From Octopus sinensis (Eukaryota): a stretch of 64,000 nucleotides of DNA. The stretch covers positions 4,898,001-4,962,000 of the forward strand of contig NC_043006.1 of the NCBI RefSeq assembly GCF_006345805.1, in the 5' to 3' direction. A model generated the notes under the pieces. That model was not told where the DNA came from. It did not search any database and saw nothing but the letters and a program-made list of their open reading frames with translations. The translations under genes were made by a program, and so were the position numbers. This document shows positions 40,926 through 55,596 of this stretch, in pieces (the first letter of the stretch is position 1; every line of letters starts with the position of its first letter).

Positions 40926-41836
40926 ATGTATGTATGTGTGTATGTATGTATGTGTGTATGTGTGTATGTGTGTATTTATGTGTGTATGTATGTGTGTATG
41001 TATGTGTGTATGTATGTATGTATGTATGTATGTATGTATGTATGTGTGTGTATGTGTGTATGTATGTATGTATGTATGTATGTATGTATGTATGTATGTA
41101 TGTGTGTGTATGTATGTATGTATGTATGTATGTATGTATGTATGCATGTATGTATGCATATATGCATGCATGCATGTATGTATGTATGTATGTATGTATG
41201 TGTGTATGTGTGTATTTATGTGTGTATGTATGTGTGTATGTATGTGTGTATGTATGTATGTATGTATGTATGTATGTAGTATGTATGTGGGTGTATGTGT
41301 ATGTATGTAGTATGTATGTATGTATGTATGTATGTATGTATGTGTGTGTTGTATGTATGTATTATGTATGTATGTATGTATGTATGTATGTATGCATGTA
41401 TGTATGCATATATGCATGCATGCATGTATGTATGTAGTATGTATGTATGTATTATGTATGTATGTGTGTGTATGTATGTATGTATGTATGTATGTATGTA
41501 TGTATGCATGTATGTATGCATATATGCATGCATGCATGTATGTATGTATGTATGTATGTGTGTATGTGTGTATGTGTGTATTTATGTGTGTGTATGTATG
41601 TGTGTGTATGTAGTGTGTTGTATGTATGTATGTATGTATGTATGTATGTATGTATGTGTGTGTATGTGTGTATGTAGTATGTATGTATGTATGTATGTAT
41701 GTAGTATGTATGTGTGTGTATGTATGTATGTATGTATGTATGTATGTATGTATGTATGTAGTATGCTGCATGTATGTATGCATATATGGCATGCAGCATG
41801 ATGTATGTATGTATGTATGTATGTATGTATGTATGT
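40926..41836. repeat. ~900-bp (TATG)n array with higher-order substructure
   Basis: Directly visible. The GCATGTATGTATGCATATATGCATGCATGCATG block recurs near 41143, 41394 and 41506. Confidence 0.95.
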
Positions 41837-41876
41837 GTCAGCCTGTGTGTGTCAGTCTATGCATCTAGCTCTACAT

Positions 41877-41920
<44 letters not shown>

Positions 41921-42604
41921 ATAATTCATATATACATACCCGTCTCTCTTTACGATACTGTCTACTTCAAAGTATTAAAGTACATAAATAGCTGCATATA
42001 GTCTCGTACATAAACATCGACATACGAACATGGCCATTTACTCGTGCAGAAATTTAATAACATACAGTGGTATGAAACCAAAGTGCCATTTCTTTTCTTT
42101 CTTTATTTTTTTAACATAAGAAAAATCTACAACATATAAAGAAGAGATTTCTACAGAAAAGTTAGATCTATATACAATGACAAAAATAGAACATAATCAG
42201 AATATAGAATTATTTCCTTTGTTTCTTAGAGAGAAGAAAGAAATATTCAAAATGTAAGGGTGACGAGACTGGTTGGAATTCGGACAACAATAAACTAGTA
42301 GTGTCAATGCTAAACGCTGAAAAGTTCTACATATTTTTAGTGTTTTACTGACAGAATGAATGCGTGAAATGTAGGTCAATTGTCTTTGCCCAGGCTTTGA
42401 GAAGTGTAACATTACGAGCTTAGTAACAATAATAATGATCATTCTACAACATTAAGTACAAGCGTTAGAGGCAGTATGTAGGTTACAAGTTCTCTCTAAC
42501 CACTGATCTTCAGTGTGGAAGGTATGTGTCAGGTAGAGAAGGACTACTTTATAGAATTTATGTTGGATATACTGTTGTTGCTCACATATTGTAAACGTAT
42601 AAGC

Positions 42605-42800
42605 ACTGGCTTGGGTGCGTTGTTAAGAAGCTCGCTTCGTAGCTGCATGTTCTCGGGTTCGGTTCCATTGCGCGGTACTTTGGGCAAATGTTTTCTACTA
42701 TAGCTCCGGGCTGGTCAATGCCTTGCGAGTGAATTTCGAAGACGGAAACTGTTTGGAATTCGTTATATATATTTATGTGTGTATGCGTGTGTGTGTGTAA
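42605..42800 (+). mobile_element. SINE family A 5' half, diverged
   Basis: GGGTTCGGTTCC..ACTTTGGGCAAATGTTTTCTACTATAGC..GACGGAAACTG. Confidence 0.75.
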
Positions 42801-43204
42801 TTTGTTTGGACTAATGGGTGTATGTCACTTAGTGTGTTGAGTAAAGCACGTTCACAGTTTGGGCTACATGGTGTCATCTACGGTTATATTTCCGCTGGAT
42901 CTACTTGAGGAATTCCGCGAAATAATAATAACTAATGAACGAAACGGAAGATAGATTTGCCCAAGATATACATGCATACATACATAGCTACATACATGCG
43001 TACGTGCGTACACACACATATGCGCGCGTACACATATGCCTATATGGATTTAGAGAATTGTGCAGCTATCACAGTAAACTCCTGTTACGGACTCATCTAT
43101 CAGTCCACGTAGTAATTAATCAGAAAGTAGTGTAATGTACAGTGTCCATGTAACTGAAAATCAAGAAAATCCTTCCGATAAAATCATTCTGTGGCATATA
43201 TATA

Positions 43205-43595
43205 TCTTTATATATAAAAGTGAAGTTGTGTGTCTGTCTCCTACGATTTAGATTCCTAACTACTCCCACATTTTGCGGTGCAGTTTAACCAAAACCGGGT
43301 ATCTTATAGTCGTGATTCATATCGAGCCCTTCTGGGTATTAGCGCGCGTCTACGATGAGTCTACGATTTAAAAAAAATTTACCATCAATTTTTCCCATTT
43401 TTAATGCATTTTTGGCATATATAAGGGAAGTAACTCTCTAAAAATTTATTATTAAATCTCAGAACGTAAAAAGCTACAGTAACACCCCCCCTTGTGGTTA
43501 GCCATGTTGAGATGGCTATTATACTTTACATCCCTAAAAATGCTTATATAGTTATTTCCCATACAAACCCGAGCAACGCCGGGCGATACTGCTAG
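43205..43595 (+). mobile_element. Non-autonomous Helitron
   Basis: A|TC 5' end at 43205, 3' CTAG|T at 43592-43596, subterminal hairpin CCCG-AGCAACGC-CGGG at 43568-43583, no TSD. Homologous to 56164-57570. Confidence 0.85.
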
Positions 43596-43768
43596 TAAGG
43601 CATAAAGTCAGGAGATATGAGAGGGGAATATAGATTTATGTAGCCATCTGAGCTCTATGAGATTCTGACCGTTTCGCGATCTTTTGTCATATTAATTTCA
43701 GTATGTAAGAAATTATATGTACGTTTGTATTAATATATACATTATACTCGACATTATATAATTCTAAT

Positions 43769-44095
43769 GTGAAGGTGCGTGGCTTAGCGGTTAGAGGCAT
43801 TCGGCTCATGATCGTCAGGTCGTGAGTTCAATTCCCGGTGAAGCGTTGTGTCCTTGAGCAAGACACTTTATTTCACGTTACTTCAGTCCACTCAGCTGAC
43901 AAAAATGAGTAGTACCTGTATTTCAAAAGGACCAGCCTTGTCACACTCTGTGTTACGCTGAATCTCACCGAGAACTACATTAAAGGTACACGTGTCTGTG
44001 GAGTGCTCAGTCACTTACACGTTAATTTCGCGAGCAAGCGGTTCCGTTGGTCATATCAGCTGGGACCCTCGTCGTCGCAACCGACGGACTGCTCC
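43769..44095 (+). mobile_element. SINE with head H2 and tail Y
   Basis: 14-bp TSD TATATAATTCTAAT at 43755-43768 and 44096-44109. Confidence 0.9.
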
Positions 44096-44111
44096 TATAT
44101 AATTCTAATAT

Positions 44112-44975
44112 TCCTTTCTAATATAGGCACACGACATGAAATTTCGGTGGGAGGGGGGTTAAGTCGATTACATCGACCCCAGTGCTCAACTGGTACTTAC
44201 TTTATCGACCCCTAAAAGAATGAAAGAAAAAGGATGAAAGACAAACTATACAATTGTAATATTAAAAAAAAAATAATGCAAATAAAGAAATCTAGGTCAT
44301 CAGATGATCAGTACATGGTTACACCAACAATTCGTCTCTAGGTACACAAAGTTTACTCTTCATATTTACAATGTACGTCAGGCTAGACCTGGACAAAACA
44401 ACATTGATAATCGCAGTTAGTATTAGGCTGATGCAGGCAGTGAGCTGGTAGAATCGTTACCCTGCCGGTGAAAATGCTTGGCAGTATTTCGTTCGTCCCA
44501 ATATTAAATGGCCGAAGGCGGCAATCTGGCAGAATCGTTTGCACACCGGGTAAAACGCATAGCGAGGTCGACTTTGCCTTTCATCCTTTCGGAGTTGATA
44601 AAATATGCACCGGTTGAACACTGAAGTCGATGTAATCGACTTAATCCTTTTCCCGAAATTGGCCTTCGGCCACAATTTAATATCAACGTTGTTGACATTA
44701 TAGTTAAAATCTAATTAAATATATATGTAATGATTATATGATATCGATAGTTTTAAGGTGGTGAGCTGGCAGAATTGTTAGAACGCCGAGCAGAATGTTT
44801 AGCAACATTTCTTCCATTTCTTTACGCTCTGAGTTCAAATTCCGCCGAGGACGACTTTGCCTTTCATCTTTTGGAGGTCGATAACATACGTACCAGTTGA
44901 TTACTGGGGTCGATTTAATCGACTTACCCCTTCACCAAAATTGCTGGCCTTGTGCCAAAGTTTGAAACCGATATT
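44112..44975. mobile_element. Cluster of SINE family B pieces: 44112-44240 (-), 44435-44680 (+), 44755-44975 (+)
   Basis: Repeated GAGCTGGCAGAATCGTTAG heads and GCCTTTCATC..GTCGAT blocks. Confidence 0.8.
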
Positions 44976-45219
44976 AGACCGATGATCAAAGACGGATAAA
45001 AACTATAGAGTAAAACATATAAGGTTCCTGATGTCCATTGGATACGAGAGGAAAATCCAGGGAGGGACAAGGAGGAGAGGAAAGGAGAAATGAGAGCCAG
45101 GAAATGTACGTAGGTAAGGTCCACATGCTTGACTCACTGGAAGTGTGACAAGTGATTGTGGTTTTAAAGGTAAGAGAATAATACAGGGAGGGGGGTGCCA
45201 GTTGGTATGTGGATGCATA

Positions 45220-45606
45220 TGAGAGTGGATGTGTGGTAAGTAGCTTGCTTACCAACCACAGGGTTCCGGGTACCATGGGCAAGTGTTTTGTACTATAGCC
45301 TCGAGCCGACCAAAGCCTTGTGAGTGGATTTGGTAGAGAGAAACTGAAAGAAAGCCGTCGTAAATATATATATATATATATATGTATGTGTGTATATGTT
45401 TGTGTGTCTGTGTTTGTTCCCTCAGCATCACTTGACAACCGATGCTGGTGTGTTTACGTCCTCGTAACTTAGCGGTTCGGCAAAAGAGACCGATAGAATA
45501 AGTACTAGATTTACAAAGAATAAGTCCTGGGGTCGAATTGGTCGACTAAAGGTGGTGCTCCAGCATGGCAGCAGTCAAATGACTGAAACAAGTAAAAGAG
45601 TAAAAG
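45220..45606 (+). mobile_element. SINE family A, near full length
   Basis: Head GAGTGGATGTGTGGTAAG, tail CAGTCAAATGACTGAAACAAGTAAAAGAGTAAAAG. Confidence 0.9.
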
Positions 45607-46480
45607 TGTATGTGTTTATGTGTGCGGACGTATGTGTATGTAGTGTGTATATGTATCTATATTCGTATGTCTGTCTTGTGCGCGTGTATCTGCTTATAGA
45701 GGTACGAGCAGTGTGTGTGAGAGAGAAAGTGTGTGTGTTTGGTTCGTAAGATCAGCAGTGAGTGTGTGTGTGTGTGTTAGTGTGTTTGTGATTGAATGAA
45801 TGTATGTATATATATATGTGTGTACGTATATATATATATGTGTGTATATGTGTGTGAGTTAGTGTGCAGCGTAGGTAAAATTTGAGTTCGTATGCTTATG
45901 TGCGTGTGTGTGTGTGTGTGTGTGAATACGAATGGTAGGAAGCTAAAGTATATGGTAGCGGTGAAGACTGAGTGGTGTGTGTGTGTGTGCGCGTCTGTAC
46001 GTGTGAATTCATGAGTGTGCGTGTGTATTTGTGTGTGTGTTCGTATGTGTCCCTCATTAGAAATATTAAATCCTCTTTCAACGATGTAAACTCTGAATTG
46101 AATTTAGAACCTCTATTGCGTGGCACCTTGGGCAGAAGCTTTCTCCTATATTCTCGAGTCCGCTGCTCTAACCACTAGGCAATGTGTCTCCACCAACTCT
46201 ACGCATAGGCCATTAAAAAGCAGCCGTATTTTTTGTGGCCTTATTTAATAGCAATGCAAATATTTTGAGTAGCATTTAATTTAAAAGGAGGATCCCTTTT
46301 GTAACGTACAGCTTATGTAAATTTATGGCATTGTTTTACAATTAAAATATAGTATTTTAAAAGCATTTTAATAATGTTTATTCTCAATTTATTATTGGAA
46401 ATCACGTTTTGACCTTGATTATTCAATTAGTGATCTGTGAAAAGGGGATAGAGACATCAAAGGTATTTTATTTGCTACAC

Positions 46481-46633
46481 AAATTCCGCCGAGGTCGACT
46501 TTGCCTTTCATCCTTTCGGGGTCGATAAATTAAGTACCAGTTACACACTGGGGGTCGATGTAATCGACTTAATACCTATGTCTGTCCTTGTTTGTCCCCT
46601 CTGTGTTTAGCCCCTTGTGGGTAATAATGAAAT
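46481..46633 (+). mobile_element. SINE family B, 5'-truncated, with a perfect 20-bp TSD
   Basis: TSD AGGTATTTTATTTGCTACAC at 46461-46480 and 46634-46653. Confidence 0.93.
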
Positions 46634-48095
46634 AGGTATTTTATTTGCTACACGTATGGATACCTCTTGGGTGTAATAAAATCATAAACGCATATTTGTA
46701 AGAAAATTTTAATTTCATTTATTGATTTCTTTTAACTAAGCCCAAGACAATTGTTATAGAAAATCGACATAGTGAATAAAATCGATTACGGTACATTATA
46801 TTTAATGAATTCAATGTGGTCCTGTACTGAATTTTAAGTACGAGCTCTTAATGTTGCTGGCAAGATACACTTCCGGGCCCTAATAATTGTTTGGTTATGT
46901 ATGTATTATGTATTAATACTTGAGAGTATAGCGAGTCGTTTGTCAATTTTTCGTGGACCGGGAAACGAAACCTCGTTGTAGATTACGCTTGATAGAATTT
47001 TATCCATGGCGCTCAGCACTATAAACAGCAACCAATACGAACGGCAAAAACAACAACAATTGCAAAAGTGATGACGGTATTAATAAAGAAGAAAATAGAA
47101 AATAATGAGGCTAAATATAACAATCGTCTTTTACACAAATGAATGAATTGTTTTTGTTGAAGTCGAGTCTCTTTTGAAAATGCCTTCATTATCACTTAAA
47201 AAACAACAAACAAAGATACAACCAAATGAACAGATTTCTTGAAAATATAACTGGAAACATAGTAATATAAACCTTAATGCTTTACGAAATGTTTTGTGCT
47301 TAACATTCGAAATATACGAAGACACTGTTGTTTTTGTCTCTTCTCTGATGTAACATACAAGGTCTACTGAAATCGTGTCATTTGATTTTTGTTTGTAGTT
47401 TCCAACTTAACATTTCCAACCAACGCAAATAGGAAGTAAAATAATTCAAATCTACACACATGCAGATAGTTATGATGCATGTATCATACAGAATCTCGGC
47501 TTGTCAAAATCATTATATCATTCTAAATATATTTCTCTTTCAGTTGTTTTATTCTAAGTGATTTTAAAAAGACTCCCTCGACAATTTTATCAGTTAATAT
47601 TTCAGAGCGATCCTTAACATGTGAGTAATATCAACTAGCCACTTTCTGAATAAAATGAACAGGCATTCTGTCAAAGCTACGGTGCCTTGTTGGGAAAACG
47701 CCTTCAGATGTTCTTGAATTATAGTTTTCCCAAAGCCAATGTAACCATGTCCAATTAACCTCCCCCTTCTTTCTGATGAATTCTGTCTGATGATTCTTAT
47801 CTCAGTTTAAAAAAAGGAAACGGTGGTGATATCTTTCACGGATCACATGTAGACCAGGAAAGTATGCGTGAAAAAAGACTTTTGGTTTATCGCCTTCATT
47901 TTAAGAGGAGATGGTAGTTATTTTCCTAAAGATATGTATTATGATCCCTAATCATACAATACATATACACACACATATACAGACACGCACAAAGGCACAC
48001 ACACACACACACATAATCTCTCTCACACACACATACTCTCTCTCTCACACACACATACATGTTTGTATGTGCGTGTTCACGCATACAATTATATA

Positions 48096-48171
<76 letters not shown>

Positions 48172-48311
48172 ATATGTATATGTGCATGCATCGATACATT
48201 TTATGCATTGTAGTAGAGAGGAAAAACATCAAACACTAACTGAAGAATATTTTATACAATTCAGAAGAGCATTAAATTTGTTTCCTTATATATAAACACA
48301 TGTATACATAC

Positions 48312-48359
<48 letters not shown>

Positions 48360-48389
48360 GTGTGTGTGTGTGCATACACGCATACGTAT

Positions 48390-48540
48390 ATACGGACGTT
48401 TCCGTTTTCCTTTCTGACGAAGAGCAATGCTCAAAACTTCAAAAGCTCTCTTCTTTTTTCCACCGATACCGAGCGTCTAACTAATACATTCCATATGCAC
48501 GTCCTCTTGTTGTTTTTATTGTTACTTTTTATTGTTCTAT
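48390..48540 (+). mobile_element. Short element, probably Penelope-pLTR-derived, with a degenerate hammerhead-like motif
   Basis: CTTT-CTGACGA-A-GAGC-aat-GCTC-AAAAC-TTC-AAAAG at 48410-48445, then CCGAGCGT..TAATAC. Confidence 0.45.
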
Positions 48541-48557
48541 TATATATATATATATAT

Positions 48558-48869
48558 ATCACCGTGATCACCGTGACCGACCAGGTTATCAGATGTTGCT
48601 ACACATCTCTGGTCACAATGCGCTTCGCATTGTTTTAGCCTTCAAATGACGCCACCCCGCTGGCTAAGCGGGCAGGCCAACAGAAGAAAGAATGAGACAA
48701 AGTTGTTGCGAAAGAGTACAGCAGGGATCGCCACCACTCCCTGCCAGAGCTTCATGGAGCTTTTAGGTGTTTTCGCTCAATAAACACTCACAACACCCGG
48801 CCTGGGAATCAAAACCGCGATCCTACGACCGCGAGTCCGCTGCCCTAACCACAGGGACATTGCACCTCA
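48558..48869 (-). mobile_element. SINE with head H1 and tail X
   Basis: Reverse complement of 22139-22440. Confidence 0.9.
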
Positions 48870-48891
48870 CACACACACACACACACACACT

Positions 48892-48959
<68 letters not shown>

Positions 48960-50316
48960 ATAATATATATATATAGTGTCAAATCGACAAAAGGTGAAGA
49001 ATCCATTCTTTAATGGAATTTATGGAAATGTTCTAGAACCCAAGTTCTCATGATGGTAAATGTAAACAATTAGTTAACCAGAATCCAATTAGAATAAAAA
49101 TCACAAACTATACTCCCCACCTATTATGATTAACGAACACCAAGGGCATGACCAAAGATAAAATGAAACAATGACGTAATATTTTCAAAAAAGAAAAATA
49201 TATTGAAACTTATGCCCATATAGTCACTTACACGCACACACACACACACTACAATTGCAACTGTAATTAAATTTTCTTGGTTCACTATATAAGCATGATA
49301 GTATCCCTTTAACTAAACGTAGAAACATTGAGGACTGTTATATTTATAACAGCTTGTACATCAAGTTGATTCGAATGAAAAAAAAATTGCAGAACAGTTT
49401 CTGGTTATGTGGGACGGGTTACAACGTTTTCCTTTTGGTAAGTTTTACTATGTGTACAATATTTATGCAAGTCTGATTCTGTTAGGCTAAATGGGTTTAT
49501 TATATTTAGAGGAAACGAAGCAAAATTGCAGGCTTGGTGGCAGTTATATAAATAATAAACTTGAAAACAGTAAACATTTTTTGGGGGAAAATGAGTATTG
49601 AGTTGTTATTTCAGAAAAACTACGTAGGTTTTCTTTATTAACTGTAGAGTTTAATTTTTTCTTTCTATATATCTGTTGAGAAATCTTCTTCCGTACAGAG
49701 CTGGAAGTATGTTGTATTGTTATTATATGTTGATTTTGAAATAATAGGAAACATACTGCAAACTGACTTTGTTTGGAGCGCCTGATTGTCATTGAAGGAG
49801 TTATCTCTTCGGCAATGTTTACAAAGATGGAAAAAACTTAGCTGATTAGTATAATGATGGCTTTTCAAATTGTTTATTTAGAAGCACATCTCGAGGCTAT
49901 TAAAGCTAACAGATAGAAGCCAAGCAAACAGCAAGATGAGCCACAAGGACCACACACAACACTCTATGTTGCATTGTCCGAAAGACACAGAGCAACAGGG
50001 ATTACAATAGAGTGTTCCTTATCTTTAAAATGATCTTTAAGATATTCGTTCGTTTTCATTTCATTTGACTTGAATTTTATTCAAATATAAATTTGTGATC
50101 TTTTATTTACTATGTAATATATGTGTATATATACACACACATACACTATTTATATATGTATGCATATATATATGTATATATTATATATACATATATATAT
50201 ATATATATATTATATATATAATATATATATTATATATATATATATATGTATGTATATATATATATGTATATATATATGTATATATACATATATATGTGTG
50301 TGTGTGTATATGTTTA

Positions 50317-50386
<70 letters not shown>

Positions 50387-50507
50387 ATATATATATATAT
50401 AAATATACATATATATACATATATCAATAAATTTATATCATACGCACACACACAGGTACATACGCACACACACACACACACACACAGACACACACACACG
50501 CACACAC

Positions 50508-50675
50508 AGAGGCTGGGATGGGTGTGTGGTAAGAAGTTTGTTTCCCAGCCACATGGTTCGGTGTTCAGTCCCACTGGGTTGCACCTTGGGCAAGTGTCTT
50601 TTGTTACAGCCTCGGGTTGACCAAAGCCATGTGAGTGGATTTGGTAGGCAGAACGACAGAAACTGAAAGAAGCAA
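50508..50675 (+). mobile_element. SINE family A 5' half
   Basis: GTGTGTGGTAAGAAGTTTG..CACCTTGGGCAAGTGTC..GAAACTGAAAGAAGC. Confidence 0.8.
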
Positions 50676-52059
50676 TCAGATTTATATATATATCTGGCCA
50701 GATTGGAGTAATCTCAAGATTAATCAGCCGAAATTACGATTAGCCGTCAACTTGACGTTTAATCAAGGACTGTTGATTTTAAACAGTCCTTACTGTAGTT
50801 AACGCAAATGAAGAAAACCTTGTCGTGTGGTCTCGACGCCCTCTACCTTTTTCTAGTGTGTGCTCACCCTTGCTTTGTCAGCGTGTCATCGAATTTAAAT
50901 CATATAATTGTATGTATCCCTGAAACTTTATTTCAAGATGTACTGAATGGAAAAACCTTATTGCACGCATCAAAATATTGCATTTGGTGACTGCCTGTTG
51001 GACTCGATCACACAACCTCCCTCCATGCGACGCATATAATCAACCTATCGCAGGCGACCCTTTCTCAGCATTACTTTGACCCTATTTAGCTAAGTACTTC
51101 AACATTGGTGACCTTGTCTTCCTACATCATATTCATGATTTTATGAAGACGCTTCTTGTTTGACATATGTCATCCATGGTTCACTACCACATAGAACTGT
51201 GCCGAGGGCGATGGTTGATTAGCCGTCAACTCGATGTTTAATCTAAAATTTTACTTTCTGTTTGCGAGGTTATCACTGCAGTTGTGTTACCGACTGGAAC
51301 TTCATTAGGACTGAGCCAGAGTATCCTTTTATTCTTTTATACGGTTTAGCCTCAATGATGTGGCCATGTTGGAGCACCGCCAGTGAAAAATATGATTAAG
51401 TTGAACTGTAGTGACCAGGACTCGAACTTGGGGTCCTTATCACGAGACGATCACAGCCATTATCTGAAGATTTTTATCAGTAAAGTGTGAGGTCGGTTAT
51501 AAAAAAAGAAAGAGGGCACATACACGCATACACTCGCGCACACACGCACGAGCGCAAGCACACACACTCAAACACGTAAGAATGTAAAACAGTTCATCGC
51601 CCGGTACAGGAAACTACGATCTTACTGTCATGAGTGCAACACTCTAACTACTGAGCCACGCACCTTCACATATATAAACATGTATGTAAGTATGGATGGA
51701 TGGACAGATGGATGTGTGTGAGTGAACACACACACAAACGCACACGCACATACACACACACACACTCACACACAATTACAGACTCATTATAAAATAAGAT
51801 TTTAGCGGTGTATTTCAAAGCAGGTACAACTAACATTAATCTCATAAAGCACCGTGGATGGGAAACGGTTGCGAGGTTAACCCCACCCAATTTGTATTCT
51901 CATGGATGACCTTTCTAATGCTTTACATTACAGTAACATTTGGTCTCTCTACCATAAAATTTGGTGCTTTAATCTTACAAGCGGGGAAGTAAGTCTACTT
52001 ATATCACGAAATGTAAGCTATGGTCGACGGACAGACAGCTGAAACAAGGGACCGAAGCG

Positions 52060-52720
52060 CTAATCATTGCTGCTCAGGACGAGTTTGATAACAGCTAAGA
52101 TCGTGAAAATTATTAGGACGAATCTGAAAAAGGCAGAGATCGAGAAAAATCAGTCAGACATCAAATATAGTATCTGCAGAAAAGGACACGAAAGTATCAG
52201 TAATCTCTTGAGTGAACGTAGTATGCTAGCACGAAAAGAGCATACGCGCAGGCATGAATGTGTAGGCAAAAATGCATTGCGATGTTAGCTGAGTATGCGG
52301 CTTCAAAATAGCAGAAAAGTGTTAGAAAAGAATTGCAAGGTTTTGAGTAACTTTCCCTAAGGAATGACCATACAAATGAAGCAAATTAGATATGATAATA
52401 CAGGGCATAATAAACAGTATGGGTTCGTAGTTTTTGTTTCAATTTCCTATGATAATAGAGCCGATGCCAATGAAATTGAAGCAACTGAAAAATATCAGGA
52501 TCTAGCCAGAGAACTTAAGAGGCTGCGGAAGACCAAGACAACAAGAATTTCTGTGGTAATTGGTGCACCTGGTACTACACCTAAAATGCCAAGAAAAAGT
52601 CTGAAAAATATTGGAATTGAGACTCTCATTGTCGACCAGAAGATCAATACCGTCCTGTATTTTGCAAGAATCCTAAAGACAGATTCTTAAGATTTGTGGA
52701 GACTTGTCACTAAACCATAA
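52060..52720 (+). pseudogene. R4/Dong-like LINE 3' end: Zn knuckle plus restriction-like endonuclease
   Basis: ICRKGHESISNLLSE..LARKEHTRRHECV, then VSISYDNR..EKYQDLARELKRL..VVIGAPG..ARILK. Confidence 0.8.
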
Positions 52721-52739
52721 GGCAATATTCCTGCTGATA

Positions 52740-52938
52740 AGGCGGCGAGCTGGCAGAATCGTTAGCACGCCGGGCGAAATGCTTAGCGGTATTTCGTCTG
52801 CCGCTACGTTCTGAGTTCAAATTCCACCGAGGTCGACTTTGCCTTTCATCCTTTCGGGGTCGATATAATCGACTTAATACGTTTGTCTGTCCTTGTTTGT
52901 CCTCTCTGTGTTTAGACCCTTGTGAGTAATAAAGAAAT
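52740..52938 (+). mobile_element. SINE family B, near full length
   Basis: Head GGCGGCGAGCTGGCAGAATCGTTAG; degenerate TSD AATATTCCT..TGAT near 52724 and 52940. Confidence 0.92.
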
Positions 52939-53899
52939 GAATATTCCTATTGATTAAATTAGCATGTATTAGCTTAACAACAACAACAACAACAACTTAT
53001 TTTAACCAATAAGGACAATTTCATTCATTAACACTCATGCATGCAAAATACAAAAGCCCACATTGCCCCAATCATACACATCATTTTAATGCAACCTTTC
53101 CAAATCCTAGTAAAACAAGAAATTTCGAGAGAAGTGCATTACTAACAGTAAGCAAGTAAATCGCACGTTTTTCGGAATCTACACTTAATGTAATGTAAAT
53201 ACACGAGGAGCATTTCATCAATTGTTAATTATTCTTAGCTTTTGTGGATAATCGTCCTTAGCTTCAGTATTTGGCTTTCTGAGGTCTGTGCCATAGTCTG
53301 AGTGTCTCCGTTGTAAATTCGTTTTTATGTATTTCAAAATTATCTCACCATTTGTAGGTTGTATATCCAGTGCTATTCCCACGCTTTTGAGTATCTCTTT
53401 GTGCTTTGTTTTTTGTGGGTGAAGCTATATCGAATAGAATGTGAATCTTAATATAATTTTCAGAAGAATAAGATAAACCGAAAACATACGACTTTTGTCT
53501 ATCGCAGATATAAGGGTTAACGTCCACACGTGTTAATACCTTATTTGCACAATCACTCAAAAACTGAAAAATTTCCATCCGGTAAGACTTGGTAAAAATC
53601 TAATTACTCTCAGTGCTAAATGAATTAGATAGAAAAATAATAAACTGACCCAGAAAGATTATATTTATCACAAATGTAAGGATGTAGGCACTTCTACAAC
53701 TTGAAAAAAAAAATTACAAAATATCCACTGGAGAATGACAAAAATATTTGATAAAAACTAATGGAAAAATGCAAAAAGCTACAAAATACGAACAAAGCAA
53801 AATATGGTTTTCTATCTTCATGGAAGCCTGCTGTCCCCACCCTCAGCCCCTCTAAAAAACAGACGTTGAAGGCGATGCGTGGAGAAAGTAGAAACTATA

Positions 53900-54165
53900 A
53901 GAAAAATTGTGAAAAGGCTAAAAACTTATCCAAAAATGGTGCTACAGAATGACAGGAGAAAACAATGGCAAGAAGGCCTCCCACATACTTATATAAGAAA
54001 AAATAACTCAATATGAGAGAAACATACAGAAAGATCATAGCTGAGAAACGCAGAGCTCAGGGATGGACTCGAAGGAGTCCTTGACTGCGGCACAGGATCA
54101 AGGCCTTCTCAACAGACACTGCAGAAAGCAGGCAATGAAACGGAATACAAGAAGGAAGCGAAGAT
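53900..54165 (+). pseudogene. R4/Dong-like LINE fragment (region preceding the Zn knuckle)
   Basis: WQEGLPH.. and EGVLTAAQDQGLLNRHCRK (frameshifted) resemble the W..K.LHG and EG.L.AAQDQ motifs. Confidence 0.55.
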
Positions 54166-54407
54166 TAAGTGTAGTTACAAATGAAGTTACACATTTTATT
54201 TTATAAAATTAGTGAATAAGTATAGCATATAATGGCTAATTGCTGAGGCTGGAGAATGTAAGAACGGGAGAATATTCTTAGCTTATGGAGCTAAAATAAC
54301 TCTTAGAACACTTTGCTGATAACAAAAATAGCCTTCTGCTTTTGTTAGTCTAATGAGCTTTTTTATAGTCTTGTTTTGTTCCGAGAGAGGTATCTCTCTT
54401 CCCCACC

Positions 54408-54562
<155 letters not shown>

Positions 54563-54766
54563 TCTCCCTTCATTCTCTCTCAGTAAGTTATGGTAATAAA
54601 TTAATCAAAACATGTAGGATTTATGCACGGTTGGACGTACACAACGTTCATTTCACATTCACTTATACATATATACATGCATACATATATATGTGTGTGT
54701 GTATGTAAATATATATGTGTATATGAATATATACATACATAATATCTATATATATATATGTATATA

Positions 54767-54799
<33 letters not shown>

Positions 54800-54829
54800 C
54801 ATACATACACACACACATGTACACACACA

Positions 54830-54883
<54 letters not shown>

Positions 54884-55403
54884 TATATATATATATAGCT
54901 CATTACTACTGCTCACATTTTTGCATTCAGGTTGAGTGAGAAACAGATATTAGTCGTTTTGGTCTGTTGTGTTTTCCATTTTCATCAAGTGATGCGTGAC
55001 AAGAGATACTAATTAAAGTTGAAACATATTTCGGCATCGTGTTAGTTAAAGGCGCTAATATTCATAAAAAAAAAGATAAAAAAGCGTTGACGAATGAAAG
55101 CTGTAAGAATATTTTGTAAAGCTGACGAACTTCCTGTAAGTGTTTTTCAATTCAGCTTTAGCAACTATCTTGAGAAAAATACAAGCTGTAGAAGACGAGA
55201 ATGGATCTCATATGAAAACTACTTGTCAAATAAAGTGCACTTTATATTTACAGAGGCTTCACGCTTCTTTGAGAAGTGGTTATACAGTTGGTATCTCAAA
55301 AGTGAACAACTTATAAGGAGGTAGATTAAAAACAATAGACATTCTAATTTGAATAAAATTTCTAAATTATGCTTATGCTTACTACATACCATTCAAAATG
55401 AAC

Positions 55404-55487
<84 letters not shown>

Positions 55488-55517
55488 CCCCCTCTCTCTT
55501 TCTCTCTCTCTCCCTCT

Positions 55518-55593
<76 letters not shown>

Positions 55594-55596
55594 AAA

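Noticed and set aside
40803-41868. Long ORFs (up to 300 aa) rich in M/Y/V/C or H/T/Y/I
   Set aside because: They are translations of the (TATG)n microsatellite. The same applies to all YIYI/HTHT/CVCV/LSIY ORFs in the window.
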